64,000 bases of DNA from Neocallimastix sp. 'constans' (lineage: Eukaryota): contig JBODTK010000116.1 in assembly GCA_050613775.1 (NCBI GenBank), positions 434,001-498,000 on the forward strand, written 5' to 3'. Positions within the stretch are counted from its first letter, which is position 1. Every line of letters begins with the position of its first letter. This document shows positions 13,671-29,263 of this stretch, one piece after another. The position numbers were made by a program, and so were the translations under genes. Below the pieces are notes generated by a model. It was not told the origin of the DNA. It saw only the letters and a list, made by a program, of their open reading frames with translations, and did not search any database.

Positions 13671-16000
13671 TTAATACTTATTACTAATTTTTTTTTTTTT
13701 ATTTGTACTTTATTATTTAAAATTATATATTTTTTCTATAAATTTTCAAAAAAAAAAAAAAAAATCATCATGAATAACATTTTTTTTTTAAAAAAAAAAA
13801 AATAAATAAATAAAATAAAATAAAAAATAAAAACGTTAGATTATAGTTTGATATATATTGATTAAAGAATAAAGAATAAAGAATAACACTAAAAACTAAA
13901 AAATAATAATTTCTAAATCAATATTTATAGCTAATATATGTGTTAATATATTTGTCAAGAAAATTGACTTTTTATTTTTCTTTTTTTTAACCTATTTAAA
14001 AATTGTTTCATTATATAATATTTTTTGATATAATTTATATTAATATTTAAATATTCGTACATTTTATATATATATATATTTTAAATATATAAAAATTAAT
14101 ATTATTATATATTAATTACAATATACATTAAAATTTATTCATTAAAAAAATATTTTATTACTTAGTACTATTCATAATGTATATATATATATATATACTT
14201 AATAATTATAAATATTATATAAATATTAATACATTTTTTAAAAATATAAACTTTTAAATTTTATCAAACTAAAGGCTTATAAAGTTTATTTTATCTCATT
14301 ACTAAATTTTAATATATTATTTTATGATTATAAAGATTATCACAAATTTATATAATAACTAATTTAACAAAGAGATTATATTAAAAAACAATTAATTATC
14401 TTTTTGTTATTGATAATGTAATAGTTTTTTTTTTTTTTTTTTTTTTTTTTGGTATAATTTTAATTTTGATTATTAAATATATATTATTAAATGCTACTTT
14501 TTTTTCAAAAAAAAAAAAAAAAAAAAATTATTTTTTAAAAATTATTTTATGATAAAAAATATAAATTATTTAATAACATTAAAAAGAAATTCTTTTTTAT
14601 TCATATATAAATAATAAAAATAATAGCATTTATATGGTAATTTTTTTTTTTTACAATTGTATCCATCAAACACTATTAATTCATGTTTATGATCACAATT
14701 AAATATTTTTTAATGTATTAATTTGTTTTATAAAAGGGGATTTTAATTACAACCTTCAAAAATTAATTTTCCATAGAATTTATAAATATTAAATATTATT
14801 AAAGTTTTAATATTTTAAGGAAATTTTATTTTTTATTTTTCTTAAATATGCTAAGCTTTTAATATATAGTTAAAATAACAAAATGGTTTAATAAAAAAAA
14901 ATAATAAAAATATTAAATTAAAAGCATAACATGCAAAAAAAAATAAATAAATAAACTAAAAAAAAAAAAAAAAACCCTTATTTCAGTTATATGTAGAAAC
15001 TTTTTTTTTTTCTTCTTAAAATTTCACTATATAAAATTATTATTTTTTTTAATTATTATTTATTTTTGAACTTTAAAATTATTATAGTTTTTATTATAAC
15101 ATATGGTTTATATTAATTTTTAATATAATTTGTTTTAAAATAATTTAATATAAAATAATTTATTTATAATAAATTGTGGTTTATTTTAAAAATATCATTT
15201 ATGCTTATTAATATATATAGTAGGATTTATAATTTTTTATATATTATTCACATTTTTTTATAATTACTTATTATATATATATATTTTTGTTGTTTTTTTT
15301 TTGATTATTATTTATAAATTTCAAACTAAATATTCAAATTTTTATTTATATTTTTTTCAATTAATTATTAAAAAATATATATTTCTTTATTATATTTAAT
15401 GATTTACTTAAATTAGTTAAAACTTAGTAATTGTATATATATAGAATATATTTTTTCATTTAAAGAAAGATTTTTTTCATTAAAAAAAAAAAAATGATAA
15501 TAAAACAAAAATGATAAATTATTTTGATATTAATAAAAAAAAAAAAACTTTAATAATTAATAATTAAATTAATTTTCAAAATTTTTAAGATAAATAAACA
15601 TTAATTTAATGTCAATAAAAAAAATAAAAATAATGTAATAAATTAAAATAAAATCATATTATATTATATATAAAATAAATCTTTTCATATATTTTTATTT
15701 GAAGTTTAGATTTTAATCAGTTTTTTTTTTTTTTTTTTTTTAAAGAATAAACATGAATTAAATTAAATCCAAATTTTATTGTAAAAAAATCTTATAATCA
15801 AGAAAAATTAAAATTTTTTTAATTGGAATTATTAAATTTATTAAATTTTATTAAATAAATCTTTTATAGAGTTTTAAACATTTTTAGAGTATGAATTATA
15901 AAAAATAATTTTTTAAACTACTTAAGTATTTAAAGTAATATTAATTAAATTTCTTTCTAAATATCTTATAATTTTTATAATTTTTAATATTTAATGATAT

Positions 16001-16048
<48 letters not shown>

Positions 16049-16602
16049 ATAAAAAAAGCAAATCCATATTTTCTAATATGGATATTGTATCATATCATAG
16101 TTAAATCGTATATATTATTATTTTTTTATAATTTATAAAAAGATATAATTAATGAATAAAAAACTGAGTTTTAAAAATAAATATAGATATATATAATTAT
16201 GATTGTAAAAAAAAAAAAAAAATTAATATTTATATCAATATATCAAAATATAAAAATAAAAATTAAAAACTGAGTTTTAATATTAAAAAAAAAAAAAAAA
16301 AAAAATAGAAATACGTTAAGATTTAATATTTAAAATTCATAGTTTCGTAAAAGTATAATTCATTTATTTAATATAAAATATTCCAAAAAAAGTATATATT
16401 GGAAAAAAAAAAAAATTTATTTTTAAAAAAAAAAAAAAAAAAATAATAATAATAATAATAATAATATTAATAATAATAAAATAATCATAAATTATCTATA
16501 GATATTTTAAAATTAAAAATATACTAGTTAACTATTAAAAATACTGTTTTATATTATTTTTAGAAAGGAATTAATTATGAAATTATAATTATTGAGGGAA
16601 AA

Positions 16603-17899
16603 ATGTTTGGGAAAAATTTTTACAAGTAGATATTATATATATATATATTTATAAATATATTTATTTATTTATTTTTATTAAGAAGGAAGTTCTTCATTAC
16701 TAATAATAAATACATATAAATATATTTTTAAATAATAATAGTCAATTTGTATTATTTTTAGTTACAATTTGTTGTGTATTTTCAATTGTTAAAGGAACAA
16801 TTGGTAATTAGATAATTTTTTTTTTTTTTTTGTAATTTTTAAATAAATAAAATAAATAATTTAACTATGTAATATGTAATATTTATATTAAAATAAATAA
16901 ACATATAAATATTTATCTATTTTCATGTTATATTATTTGTAAAATAGAAATACCTAAGTGCGGAAATTCAGATTATTGTTATTATGATAAAGATCAAAAA
17001 GCCGTTAGTTATTGTTGGAAGAGTAATGAAATTTATTCATTAAATAAAGATGAAACAAAAATTAGTTACTGTAATTTAAATTATGATGGAATTAGTTTTG
17101 TTAAATTGAATGGAACCTCTATTACTAATTCACAAGATCCATCATACTTTAAATACGATAAAGACTTATCATATTTTGCTATGATTAATTATTACCCTGA
17201 TATTTTATATCTGGAACAAACTTCTGGTTATATAAAAGATGATGATTCAAACTATTATACTATTTATAAATCAAAGAATAACTCAAATAAACAAGCTGAT
17301 TTGTCAAGATTTTCGTGTTCATCAAATATTGGTGGCCTTGCAAAAATATCAAATGAAGTTGTTTTATGTTTAGGTTCGGATAGATACATTTCCTTACCAT
17401 CATATTCAAGAGATGCAGGATACTATTTAATTGAAGGTTCTTTGGTTTCAGGAAGTCCATTTACTCTTGACAGTACAAATAAAAATGCTGTCATTAAAGT
17501 TACCACTAAGTACTTTATTTATGATAATTTCTACACATGTAATATATTTTTATCAAAATTATTCTCTATATTATAATAATAATTTTTTTATAATTTTTTT
17601 AAAGTAAATTATTACTATTATTAATCTAATTATTATTATTATTATTATTATTACTATTATTATTATTATTATTATTAATTTAATTATTACTATTATTATT
17701 TATCATTATGATTGTGTATTATAAATTTATTATTTTATGTTAAGCCAATGAAAGTTTATATCTTATTGCAAATACTGGAAAGTTAATTGAAAGTTTAAGA
17801 GGAATAACAATTCCTTCCGGATCAGTTTCTATAACAAATAATTTATATTCATGTGAGAATAGCTCATGTAGTAGTAGAAGTGCTAGTAGTAAGTTTCAA

Positions 17900-17930
<31 letters not shown>

Positions 17931-20900
17931 GGAAAGGAACTTTCCTTTTTATAATATATATAATTGTATTATAATATATTATGCATGAAAACATATTAAC
18001 AATAAATATTATTATTTTATTTTGAATAAAATTAAAAGAACTTGAAAACGGAATTTATATGATGTATAATAAACTTTATTCATTCGAAAATAGTAATGAT
18101 GGAAAAATTACAATTACAGAAATAGGAAAGAATGGAATGGTATTATTAGAAGATTTTTATAATGGTGATTATTATGAAATTACTAATAGATTAATAACTG
18201 ATGAAGAGTTGACAGACGATTTATCAAGTAATCTTGGAAGTCTTAAAATTTATGAATGTAAAATGGGTGAATGTGTTGAAACTACTGGTTATCTTAAGAA
18301 TTATGGTAAAAATAGTGAAGAAGAGACTGAGGTCGTAGTATATAAATGTAATTCAGACTCCTGTACAACTGTTCAGAAAGCTGTTGATTGTAAGAAAGAT
18401 AATGTTGGTATTACCTCTTATAATACAGAATCATCAGAATTAAAACTTTGTTTGAATTCTGGTACTACTAGTGATTCCTTTAACCAAATAGTAATTACAA
18501 GTGGATCAACTTCCAATTATTTATTTAGTAGAAACAGTGATTATTTCAATTTATATATTTCAGACAAAACAGGAAGCATAGTTGGTTTATCAGTTACAAG
18601 TAAGTATTTTTTATTTTTATTTTTTTTATATTAAAAAAAAAAATATTATAAAATAAAATAAATATAGTTATATATATATTAAAATTATAAAATTTTATTC
18701 ATTTATGTATAATTTTTTTTTTAAAAAAAAAATAAATAAAAATAAAATAAAGGTGGTTACTATTTAAAGGAACAGGGTGGTACTCAAGACGAATCTGAGA
18801 AAAAATATGATTTAATACAATGTATAGGCTATGATGATGGTGCTAAATGTAAAATAGCAAAAGACAAAGGTTATTTCGTAGATTCTGGTGATGATGATTC
18901 AAAAAAATTAATCTATTGTATTGATGATGGTTGTGTTAGTGTTGAAAAAGAAGGATACTTTATTAATTCTCTTGCTAAATATGTTATAAGATGTAATACA
19001 ATAAGTTGTATTATTATTAGCGAAGGATCATCATGTGAAACAAATAATAATGAAGCCATTATATTTTATGACGAAACATTAGAAAAAAATATTTACAAAT
19101 ATTGTCATAATTATAAGGAGATAAGCTTTTTAGATACTGAAAAATATTATCCATTAACTAATATCCAAGCAAGTGCCAAATACCCCAACATTGCTATAGG
19201 CCCTGATACAATTTTATTAAAGATTGATAAATATTCCGTAACACAAGTAATAGAATCTGAGAATGAAGGTAAATTAATATTTAAATTATAAAAAAATAAA
19301 AAAAAATAAATAATAAACAATAAAAAATAAAATAAAAACATATAAATACATTTTTTTTAAAGTGAGTATTATTACTAAAATTTTTTAAAAATTATATAAA
19401 TTAAGGAAAATGTATTACAACGAAGAATGAATTAGATGAGGAATGTAAAAGTTCAGGATCAACTATTTATGGTTGTATGAGTTATACAAATACTTGTACT
19501 ACTAAAGAAAATTCTTGTAACCCTGAAGAAGGAACCAAAGGATGTAAATAAATATATTTGTTTTAGTATATATATATTATTATATTTTGCAAAAAAAAAT
19601 AATAATAATAATAAGAAGAAGAAGAAGAAGAAGAATAAAATAATTAGATATTATTAAATATTTAGATAATAACTAAATCATAATTAATTAATAAATATAT
19701 AAATATATAAATAATTAAATTATTAGGTTACGGATTTTACTTAAAATCTAATACTTTATATGAATGTAGAGATAATGAAAATGATATTAAATGTGAATCT
19801 AAACCAAATGCAAAAGGTTACTTCAAAGTGACTGATATAAATGAATTAGATAACGTAGGCTATATTAAATGTGATGGAAGTACATGTACAAGTTTGAAAA
19901 CTCCAACTACATCCGTAAGAAAGTGTAGTAGTGCTGGTAGTCTTGTCTTAAATTCATTAAGAGTTAAATTATGTTTAGGTTCAGAAGCAATGATTGGTTT
20001 TTCAGAAACTGGTGATATATATAATTATATGTATGATGGTAGAGAAACTAATGTATTTTCTAGTAAAGAAAAAGACGGATTAATCATGCTTTCAATTTCT
20101 GAAGATTATATTATACCATTTGATATGAGTGAATGTAATTTTCATATAAAAATAATATATTTAATATATTAATATATTTTCTATAAATTTTTTATTCTTA
20201 TAAAATTTTTATATAGCAAATTAATATTAAAAAAAAAAAGGACATATAATATAATATATTTTACTAATTTATACAATTAATTTATTAATTTTTTTAATAA
20301 AAAAACTCTTTTAATATAATAATGAAATATTTACAGTGGAATCTGATGATTATTTAGTTAATAATGAAGTCTATAGAATTGAAAAAGATGAAAATGATGA
20401 ACTTAAAGTTGAAAAATCAAAATTATCTAGAATATTAGCATTTAACTTTGAAGATGGACAAGGATATGGAAAATTAATTAAAGATGGAGAAATTGGAGCT
20501 ATGTCTGGTTCTGCTAAAAATATTAAATTATATGACTGTAGAGATGGTGAATGTATTCAAACTATTGGTTACATAAAGTTTGATGATAATAAAGTTTATA
20601 AATGTGATTTAACCGATTGTGGTACAGTGCAAAGTAGTATAAATTGTTCTATTAAACAGTGCAAAATTGGTGATACTGAATGTGATAGATATAGTGATGC
20701 TGGTATTGGTTATTACAATGGAGGATTCAAAATTTGTATCTTGGAAAATGATAGTACTTTTAAATCTATTGGAATTAGCGTAAATTCCTATAACTATATT
20801 ATGAGTTATATAAATTATTCTAATAGAATATGTACCAATACATTGCAAATGAATCACTTATATATATCTAATAAAGCTGGAAATGTGATTGGTTTATCAA

Positions 20901-21715
20901 AAAAAGGTAATTTTATTATATAATATTTTTTATATTATTATATTATTTTTTATTTATTTCATTTTATTTTTTAAAAAGTATATCATTAAAATTGAAAATA
21001 TAATAATAATAATGAAGATTAAAAAAAATAGAAATAAAAAATATAAAAAATAATACAAACAATTAAAAATAATAAAAAAAAAAAAAAATAAAATAAATGA
21101 AATTAATAAATTCTTATTTATAATATACTTCTTTTAAATATAAATATATATATATATATATGTATTAAATTTATAAATTAATAAAGATGGTAATTATTTA
21201 ATCAAAGAAAAGGAGAAAATGACAAAATGTTCCAGAAATGCTAATGGAAGTGAATGTTATAATTCAAGTAATCCAGGTTACTATATTAATAATGGAATAG
21301 AAGCACCATTAAATCAGTTAATTTATTGTAATGGAAATAATTGTTCCTTCTCAACCAATGATGATGGTTACTTTATTAATTCTGAATATGAATCTACTAT
21401 TTGTGGTTCATCAGAGTGTGAACAATTTAAAGAAGGAAGTGAATGCAGTAGAAATAGTAATGAAATTATTTTAGATAGTAGTGGCTTCTTAAAATACTGT
21501 AAATATAGCACTGTTATAGACTTTTTAAATGTTGAACAATATTATCCATTAGAGAATATTAACGCTACAAATTCACGTTATCCAAAGCAAATTACTTCTG
21601 GATCGGATACTATATTATTAAAAATAAGTAATTTATATTCTGTAACTCAATATATCACAAATGAAGGAGAAGAAGGTAATTAATATAATAATATATAAAA
21701 TTTTATGATATTCAG

Positions 21716-21800
<85 letters not shown>

Positions 21801-24268
21801 TAAACAAAAAAAAAACTATAAAAATATTTTTTTTTCTTGTAATATTTTCATAGGTATTTGCATTACAGATAGTAATGTTGAAGATAAAGGATGTCTTATA
21901 TCAGGATCAACAAAATACACTTGTTCAGATCAATTTGAAGGATGTAAAATTGAGAAAAATCTGTGCGATCCAAAACTTGAAAGTAGTAGTTGTAAGTATA
22001 CTACAACCTTCTTTTGTTTCCTTTCTAAAGAAAAAAATATTTAGTTTATATAAAAATATTTTGATATAAAAATCACATATAAAAATTAATTTAAAAGATA
22101 TATTAAGGGTTTAAAATATTCATGATTTTTTTATAAAAAAAAAATAAAAATTAAATAAAATTGTTATTCTTTTTATTTAAATTAACTTTTAAATAGGTTC
22201 CGGTTACTATCTTGTTGATGTAGATGAAAATACTGGAAAGGGTACATTATATGAATGTACTCGTAATGAAAAAGTTACTTGTACTGAACAACCAGATACA
22301 ACTAGAGGTTACTTTAAAGTTACCGATTTATATGAAAAAGAAAAAATTCCATATATTAAATGTAATGGTACGGATTGCGTGAAAGTAAATAAACCAAATG
22401 CCTCTGCTGATAAATGTGTAGTAAATTCTTTAGGAAAATTCATTATTTATTCATTAACATCTGAAGATAAAGTATGTGCCGATAAGGAAAATATTGTAGG
22501 TTTTTCAAATGATGGATCTATTTCTCATAGTCTATTAAATATCGATTATGAAGATAATGCATTTGTAGATAAAATTGACAGTTATGTTTTGGTTACAATC
22601 AATTATAATTCTATTATACCATTAAATCTTACTGAATGTAAGTATTATTTTTTAAAATTATTTTTATTCAATAAAAATATGTGTTAGATAATTTTCAATT
22701 TTTACAATATATATATATATTAAAATTTTATATTACCATATACTAATATACATACATATATATATATTAATATAAAAAATATTTTGTAATATATATTAAT
22801 TAAAAAAAAAAAAAAGTTGAACCGGATATTTATATTTATAAAAATAAGACATACTCAATTGATGTTGATGAAGAAAATAATAGCCTTATAATTGATGAAG
22901 TTCAATTAAGTGGAATGATGGCATTTACATATAAATATTCATGTTTAGGTAGATTACTTAAAAATGAAGATTATACAAAAGATCTTTCAAAAGATCTTAA
23001 TAAAACTAAACTTTATGAATGCATAGACGGAGATTGTGCTCAAACAATTGGTTATTTGAAACATAAAAAAGATACAGTAATGAAATGTAATAACGATGAT
23101 TGTAGTGAGGAAGGTGAAAAGGTACTTATATGTAATTATAATAGTTATGGAATTGCATATTATAGCGGAGGAAAATATTTAATTTGTGTTCAAACTGCAC
23201 AATATACAAGTTACAGCTACTCAAATAATCCTAATTCTTATGAAATTACAAGTGGAAATAGAGTACAATATATCCATGATAGTTATTACGTTAAACTCCA
23301 TGTTACTGATAAAGGAGGTAATGTAATCGGTATAACCAAACGTAATGGTTATTATTTAGCTGATCCAGAACGTGACAGAAATGGTAATTGTGTACAATGC
23401 TATGGTGATACTGGATATGGCAATGATTGTGTAATAAGAACAACTTATAATGGTTACTATTTAAATTCTGGACTTGATGAATCTTCAAATGATTTAATTT
23501 ATTGTATTGATAGAAATTGTAGAATTACTCCAAAAGATAGTGGTTATTTCGTGAAAGAACATAACTGGAAAATTGGTATTATATGTATCGAATCCGTCTG
23601 TAAAGAATATAAAGTTGGAATTACATGTATATTTAATGAATTTGAAGTTGTATATAGAAATAGTGCATTTATGTTTTGTAAATATTCAGTAGAAAAAAGT
23701 ATGAGCAGTGGTTATAGTTATTATCCTTTACCAAGTATTAATGCAAGATTTTCAAGTTATCCATTTGTCAAATCTGGAACCAATGTAATTTTATTAGTAA
23801 CTGATAGATATTCATTAACTCAAAAAATTACAGATGAAAAAGGTAATTATTATATATATATATCTTTATTATTAACTATAAAAGAAAAATAATAAAGTAT
23901 ATGTCTTTTATTATTATATAAAAAAGAAAAACTAAAAAGTATTTCCTAAAATATATATATATATATATTAAACTGACTAATTTTTTAAAACAACACATGT
24001 AAAAAAAAAAAATTAATTTTAAGGTATTTGCATTAATAGTAATAGTAATTATGAAACATCATGTAAAACTGGATCTGTAAAATATATTTGTACAGAAAAG
24101 AAAAAAGGATGTAGAGTCTCACAAATTATGCCAGTATGTGATCCTACAGCAGCAATTCCTGAAAGAACTTGTATTGTTTTTTTTTAATTATATTTTATTA
24201 ATATTATTATTAAATTATAAATATATAAATGAAAAAAAAAAATATTAATATATAAAAGAAGGAAGAAG

Positions 24269-24317
<49 letters not shown>

Positions 24318-26272
24318 TATTAACTTTTAATTTTATTTAATAATAAATTAAATATTAAAAAGGTAATGGTTATTATCTTGTTGAAAATACAGAAGAGAAT
24401 GAATTGTATGAATGTAATAATAGTCAATTAACAACTAAATGTAATAAACTTCCAAGTAGTACTAGAGGATATTTCAAAGTTACAGATTCAATCGAAGCAC
24501 AAAAATATCAATATATTAAATGTGACGGTACTAAATGTGAAAAATTACAAATATCATCTATGAAGAGAACCTGTGATACTGTTGGTGAATTAATATATAA
24601 TTCTTCATATAATGAAGCATATTTATGTACAGATTCCAAGGTTTATTATACCTTTGATTATGATAAATTAAATTTAATTTATCATTTTGACACAGATGAA
24701 ACTATTTTCACAGGTGAAAAAGATACTGATATAGTTATCAGTATATATTATAATTATATGATTCCTTTAGATATATCCGAACGTAAGTTTTTTTTTTTTT
24801 TTTTTTTTTTTTGATATATTATTATTATTATAAATTTATATATATATATTTCATATTATTAAAAAAAATAGTTTACTAAATTTTATTTTTTTTAAAAATA
24901 TTAAATCAATATAAAATTATTTAAAAAAAAAAAAATAGTTTCAACAAATATTTATTTGATTAAGAATAAAATGTATTTATTCATAAATAAGGGTAAAGAA
25001 AAGTATAAATTTGAAAGATTGGATACAAATGGTGTAATGGCATTTAGGTGTTTTAATGACCAAATATATGAAGATATAAATGGAGTTTTATTAAAGAATG
25101 AAGAATATTTGGATGATATACCAGATGTTATTCTTAATTCAATTAAAATTTATCAATGTAAAAAAGGAACTTGTAATGCTACATTTGGTTATATTAGATA
25201 CGATATAGAAGCTGGTAAAAATTTCAAAATTGCTTTATGTAATTATTCATGTTATTTCGTTAACTATTCTAATAAAAACTGTGAAATGCCAACAAATAAT
25301 ATTGCTTATAATTCATCAGGATTTAAACTTTGTACATATACTTATAATAAAACTAATAATAAGTATTATTATAAAGATGTAGAACTCTCTAATGGTACTT
25401 CAGTAATGTATATAGCTTCTCTAATTGAAACATCATCAAAATATAATTATATTTTATATATTACTGATAAATTAAGAAATGTAGTTGCAGTTAATCAACA
25501 ATGTAATATATTTATTTATTTATTTTTTTATTTATTTATTATTTTTTTTATATATGAAAAAAAAAATAATTAATATTAAAATTATAATATTTTTATTTTT
25601 TATTATAAAAAAAATTATAAATAATAGCTGGATATTACTTATTAGAAATTTATGGTCACAAAGAATTATTAATTTGTGAAAGTAATGGATGTTATATTGG
25701 AACAGATTATGAAGGATACTATATTAATACTCTCAGTGAAGAATCTAATAACTTTATATATTGTTATAATGGGGAATGTGATATCACTACCAAGGATAAT
25801 GGTTACTTCACTAATGAACTGAACATTGCCTGGAAATGTGTCTCATCTGAATGTACATTATTGACATTACAAAATTCATGTAATTCAAATAATTATGGAA
25901 TTTCATATTATGATGAAATAACATTCTGTATAGGTGAACAACCAAAATATTTCGGTAGTAATAGTAGACCATATTACTACCCAATTTCTGTTGATGCAAA
26001 ATCTTCATTATTCCCTAAATATGCTAATGGAACAGATACAATTTTAATAGTTCTTGATAAATATTCTGTAACACAACATATCACTAATACAGCTGGTAAT
26101 AAATTAAAAAATAAATTTAAAAACAAAATAATATAAAGAAAAAAATGAGTTATAAAAAAAATTTATATATATATATAAATGAGAAAAAGAAAAAATTATG
26201 AATTAATAATAATATGTATTAATAATATTATTAAAAAAATAAAGAAAAAAACTCTAATAATAATAATAATAA

Positions 26273-26338
<66 letters not shown>

Positions 26339-27972
26339 TAATAATAATAACAATAATAATAATAATAATAATAATTATATTTTTTTTTTTTTTTTTGATA
26401 ATATAATAAATATATAATATAATTAGGTATAAATGTATCATATGATAACCGAGAAACAGTTGAAAATGAAGTAGGATCTACAAAGTATGTATGTACTAGT
26501 ATAAATTCTGGTTGTAATGTCACACCGAATAAATGTAATCCAGCAACCAGTACTGGAGGATGTAATTATAAAATATTTATATTTTGATATAATTAAAAAT
26601 TATATATAGACTATAATAATAAATGATAATAAATAAAGATCTGATTATAAAAAACTCATACTATTTATCTAAACAACAAATTATTCATTATATAATTATA
26701 TAATTATAAATAATCATTATATAAATAATACTAATTTTTTTTTTCTTTTTTAGGTTATGGATATTATCTTAGTGGTACTGCATTGTATTATTGTGATTAT
26801 AATGATGAGGATAAAATTAGCTGTGAAGCTAAACCAAGTAGTACCAGAGGATACTTTGCTGTTGTTGATCCATTCCATTATAAGGAAGTTCCTTATATTA
26901 AATGTGATGGTAGTACTTGTACTAAAATGGATCTTCCTACCAAAACAGAATATGATTATGAAGAGAATAAATGCAACGTTGACAATGTTGGAAAGCTCCT
27001 TTACTATAATAAACAAATGGAAATTGGAATATGTATTAATGCCAGTATTTTAAGTAGAATTAATTATATGAGCGGAAAAGAGATTATAAGTCTTGATGTT
27101 TCAAATAATATTTTTGCTAAATCACCATCTAGTAAATATGCAATGATTGAATATTCTTCATATAGTATTGAATATGTAGATACTTCTGTTGGTAAGTAAT
27201 TATACATATATTTTAAATATTAAATAATTATATTATAATATTTATATATAAGAAATTTCATTTAATTATAAAAGGGAGGTGTTTCTTTTTTTAATATAAA
27301 TTATATTTATTTAATTTAATTTAATTTAATTTTTATTAAATTTTAATATATAGTACCAAATAACACCTATTTAATCAGTAATAAAGTTATTTCAGTTACA
27401 GATGGTATACTTGACTTTGTACCAATGACTCAAATAGCCGCTTTTAAATATGATATTTCTATGGCCAAAACATGTTATGAAGATATTATGAAATTCTTTA
27501 GAAATATATTGGTTACTGAAAATGAATATAAAATAGATCTTACTTCAACTCTGTCTAACATTTCACTTTATGATTGTAAAAATGGTATATGTATACAAAC
27601 TACCGGTTACATAAAGCATAATAGTTCAAATAGCACAGATATTAAGGTATCTCAATGTTCACCATATTGTGACTATATGTCTATTAGTAATTTAAGTTCA
27701 AATACTTGTAATAGTTCCCAAGTTAATCGCGCATATTACAATAGTAAAGAATTTGAATTCAAAATATGTATAAAGGATTATACAGACTACAAGGAAGTTG
27801 TCATTAATAATAGTAAAGAAAATGCCAATTACATATTTAGTTATCAAGGAAAAATAACTATGACATGTTCTGAAATGCCAACATATAATCTATTCGTGTC
27901 AGATATTGGTGGAAACATTATTGGTTTATCAAAAACAGGTTTGTTTTTCAATAAAAAAATAAATAAATAATT

Positions 27973-28007
<35 letters not shown>

Positions 28008-29263
28008 ACATTAATATATATAAAATTTCCTAATAATAAATTAATAATTTTTATTTTCTTTAAAATTTTTATAATTCTATACAAATTATATATATTATTT
28101 TATTATTAATAAATTATTAAATTTTATTAAAAAAAAAATGAATATTAAAATTAAAAATAAATAAATATAAATAAATAAATTAGATGGTAATTACTTATTA
28201 GATCTATATAATGATGGTACGGTGGGTATGGTAAAATGTGGTTCAACTTCAACTGCAAGCAATGTTTGTATGAAATCAAACGGAAGTAATGGTTATTACT
28301 TGAATTCAGGTACACAAGATTCCAGTCAATTAATTTATTGTAATGATGATAAATGTAAGATTATGAAGATGAGTAATGGTTACTTCATCAATTCTGACGG
28401 TGAAGCCATTAAATGTGAATCCTCTAAATGTACTCCATTTGAAGTTGTATCAAAGACATGTGATAACCATAACAATGAACTTATAGGTTCAAAGGGATAC
28501 ATGAAGTATTGTAATAAAGATACAGAAGTTGAATTTACTTATGAAGATCAATTCTATCCATTAACTAATGTAAGTGCTACAGAATCTGTCTATCCAGGAA
28601 GTATTTCAACTGGTGAAGATACAATTTTGATTAAGATTGATAGATTCTCTGCCACTCAATATATTACAAATGGTAATTATATATATATATATATATATTG
28701 TTATATATAAATTAATATTTACATCGGTCTTATTTCTTTTATATATATTTTAAATTTTTTTTAAATTTTATAATATTAATTATTAAATTCAATTCTTACT
28801 ATATAAAAAAAAAAAAATATATATATATATATATATAAATATAGGTATATGTGTGAATGAAGTAAATACAAGAGATAATACTTGTAAATTCACTAGTCCA
28901 ACATTATATATTTGTACTAATGAAAATGAATCATGTAAATATGGCCAACTTACAGGTAAAAATTTAAATTTTTATATATTAATATATTTATAATAAGTAA
29001 ATAAATAAATAAGTAGTATTTATAAATAAATAAAATTTATATATATAATTAAAATTATATTAAAATATATAAATTTATAAATTATTAAAATTATATATAT
29101 ATATATAGAAGGAAACGAAAATGGTGGATTAGGAGTTTCCGATTTCGAATTATTCACAGGTGCACCAGATAATTCAAGCGTTATTTCAAGAATACACTTG
29201 AATATAATTGTATTCATTGTTAAATTATTTATTGTAATGCTAACTATAAATTTAATGTTCTAA
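16603..29263 (+). CDS. Large secreted Cys-rich repeat protein, fungal cellulosome scaffoldin-like, ~2,872 aa, 23 exons: 16603-16625, 16742-16803, 16948-17538, 17745-17888, 18039-18599, 18753-19268, 19406-19543, 19727-20134, 20337-20906, 21187-21675, 21854-21991, 22197-22637, 22817-23842, 24024-24170, 24363-24782, 24939-25502, 25628-26095, 26427-26561, 26754-27191, 27354-27938, 28184-28672, 28845-28955, 29109-29263
   Basis: All introns are GT-AG and the joined frame is open (8,619 nt). Signal peptide MFGKNFYNQFVLFLVTICCVFSIVKG. Recurrent GYYxN...LIYCxxxxC, LYECxxGxCxQTxGY and YIKCDGxxC motifs resemble Neocallimastigomycete scaffoldin repeats. Hydrophobic C-terminus ...DNSSVISRIHLNIIVFIVKLFIVMLTINLMF*. 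Exon 1 is least certain (weak GTAGAT donor). Confidence 0.82.

Noticed and set aside
17106..28710. Cluster of ~20 separate small Cys-rich genes, as the ORF track suggests
   Set aside because: Each ORF is bounded by AG/GT splice sites in consistent phase and they join into one open frame.
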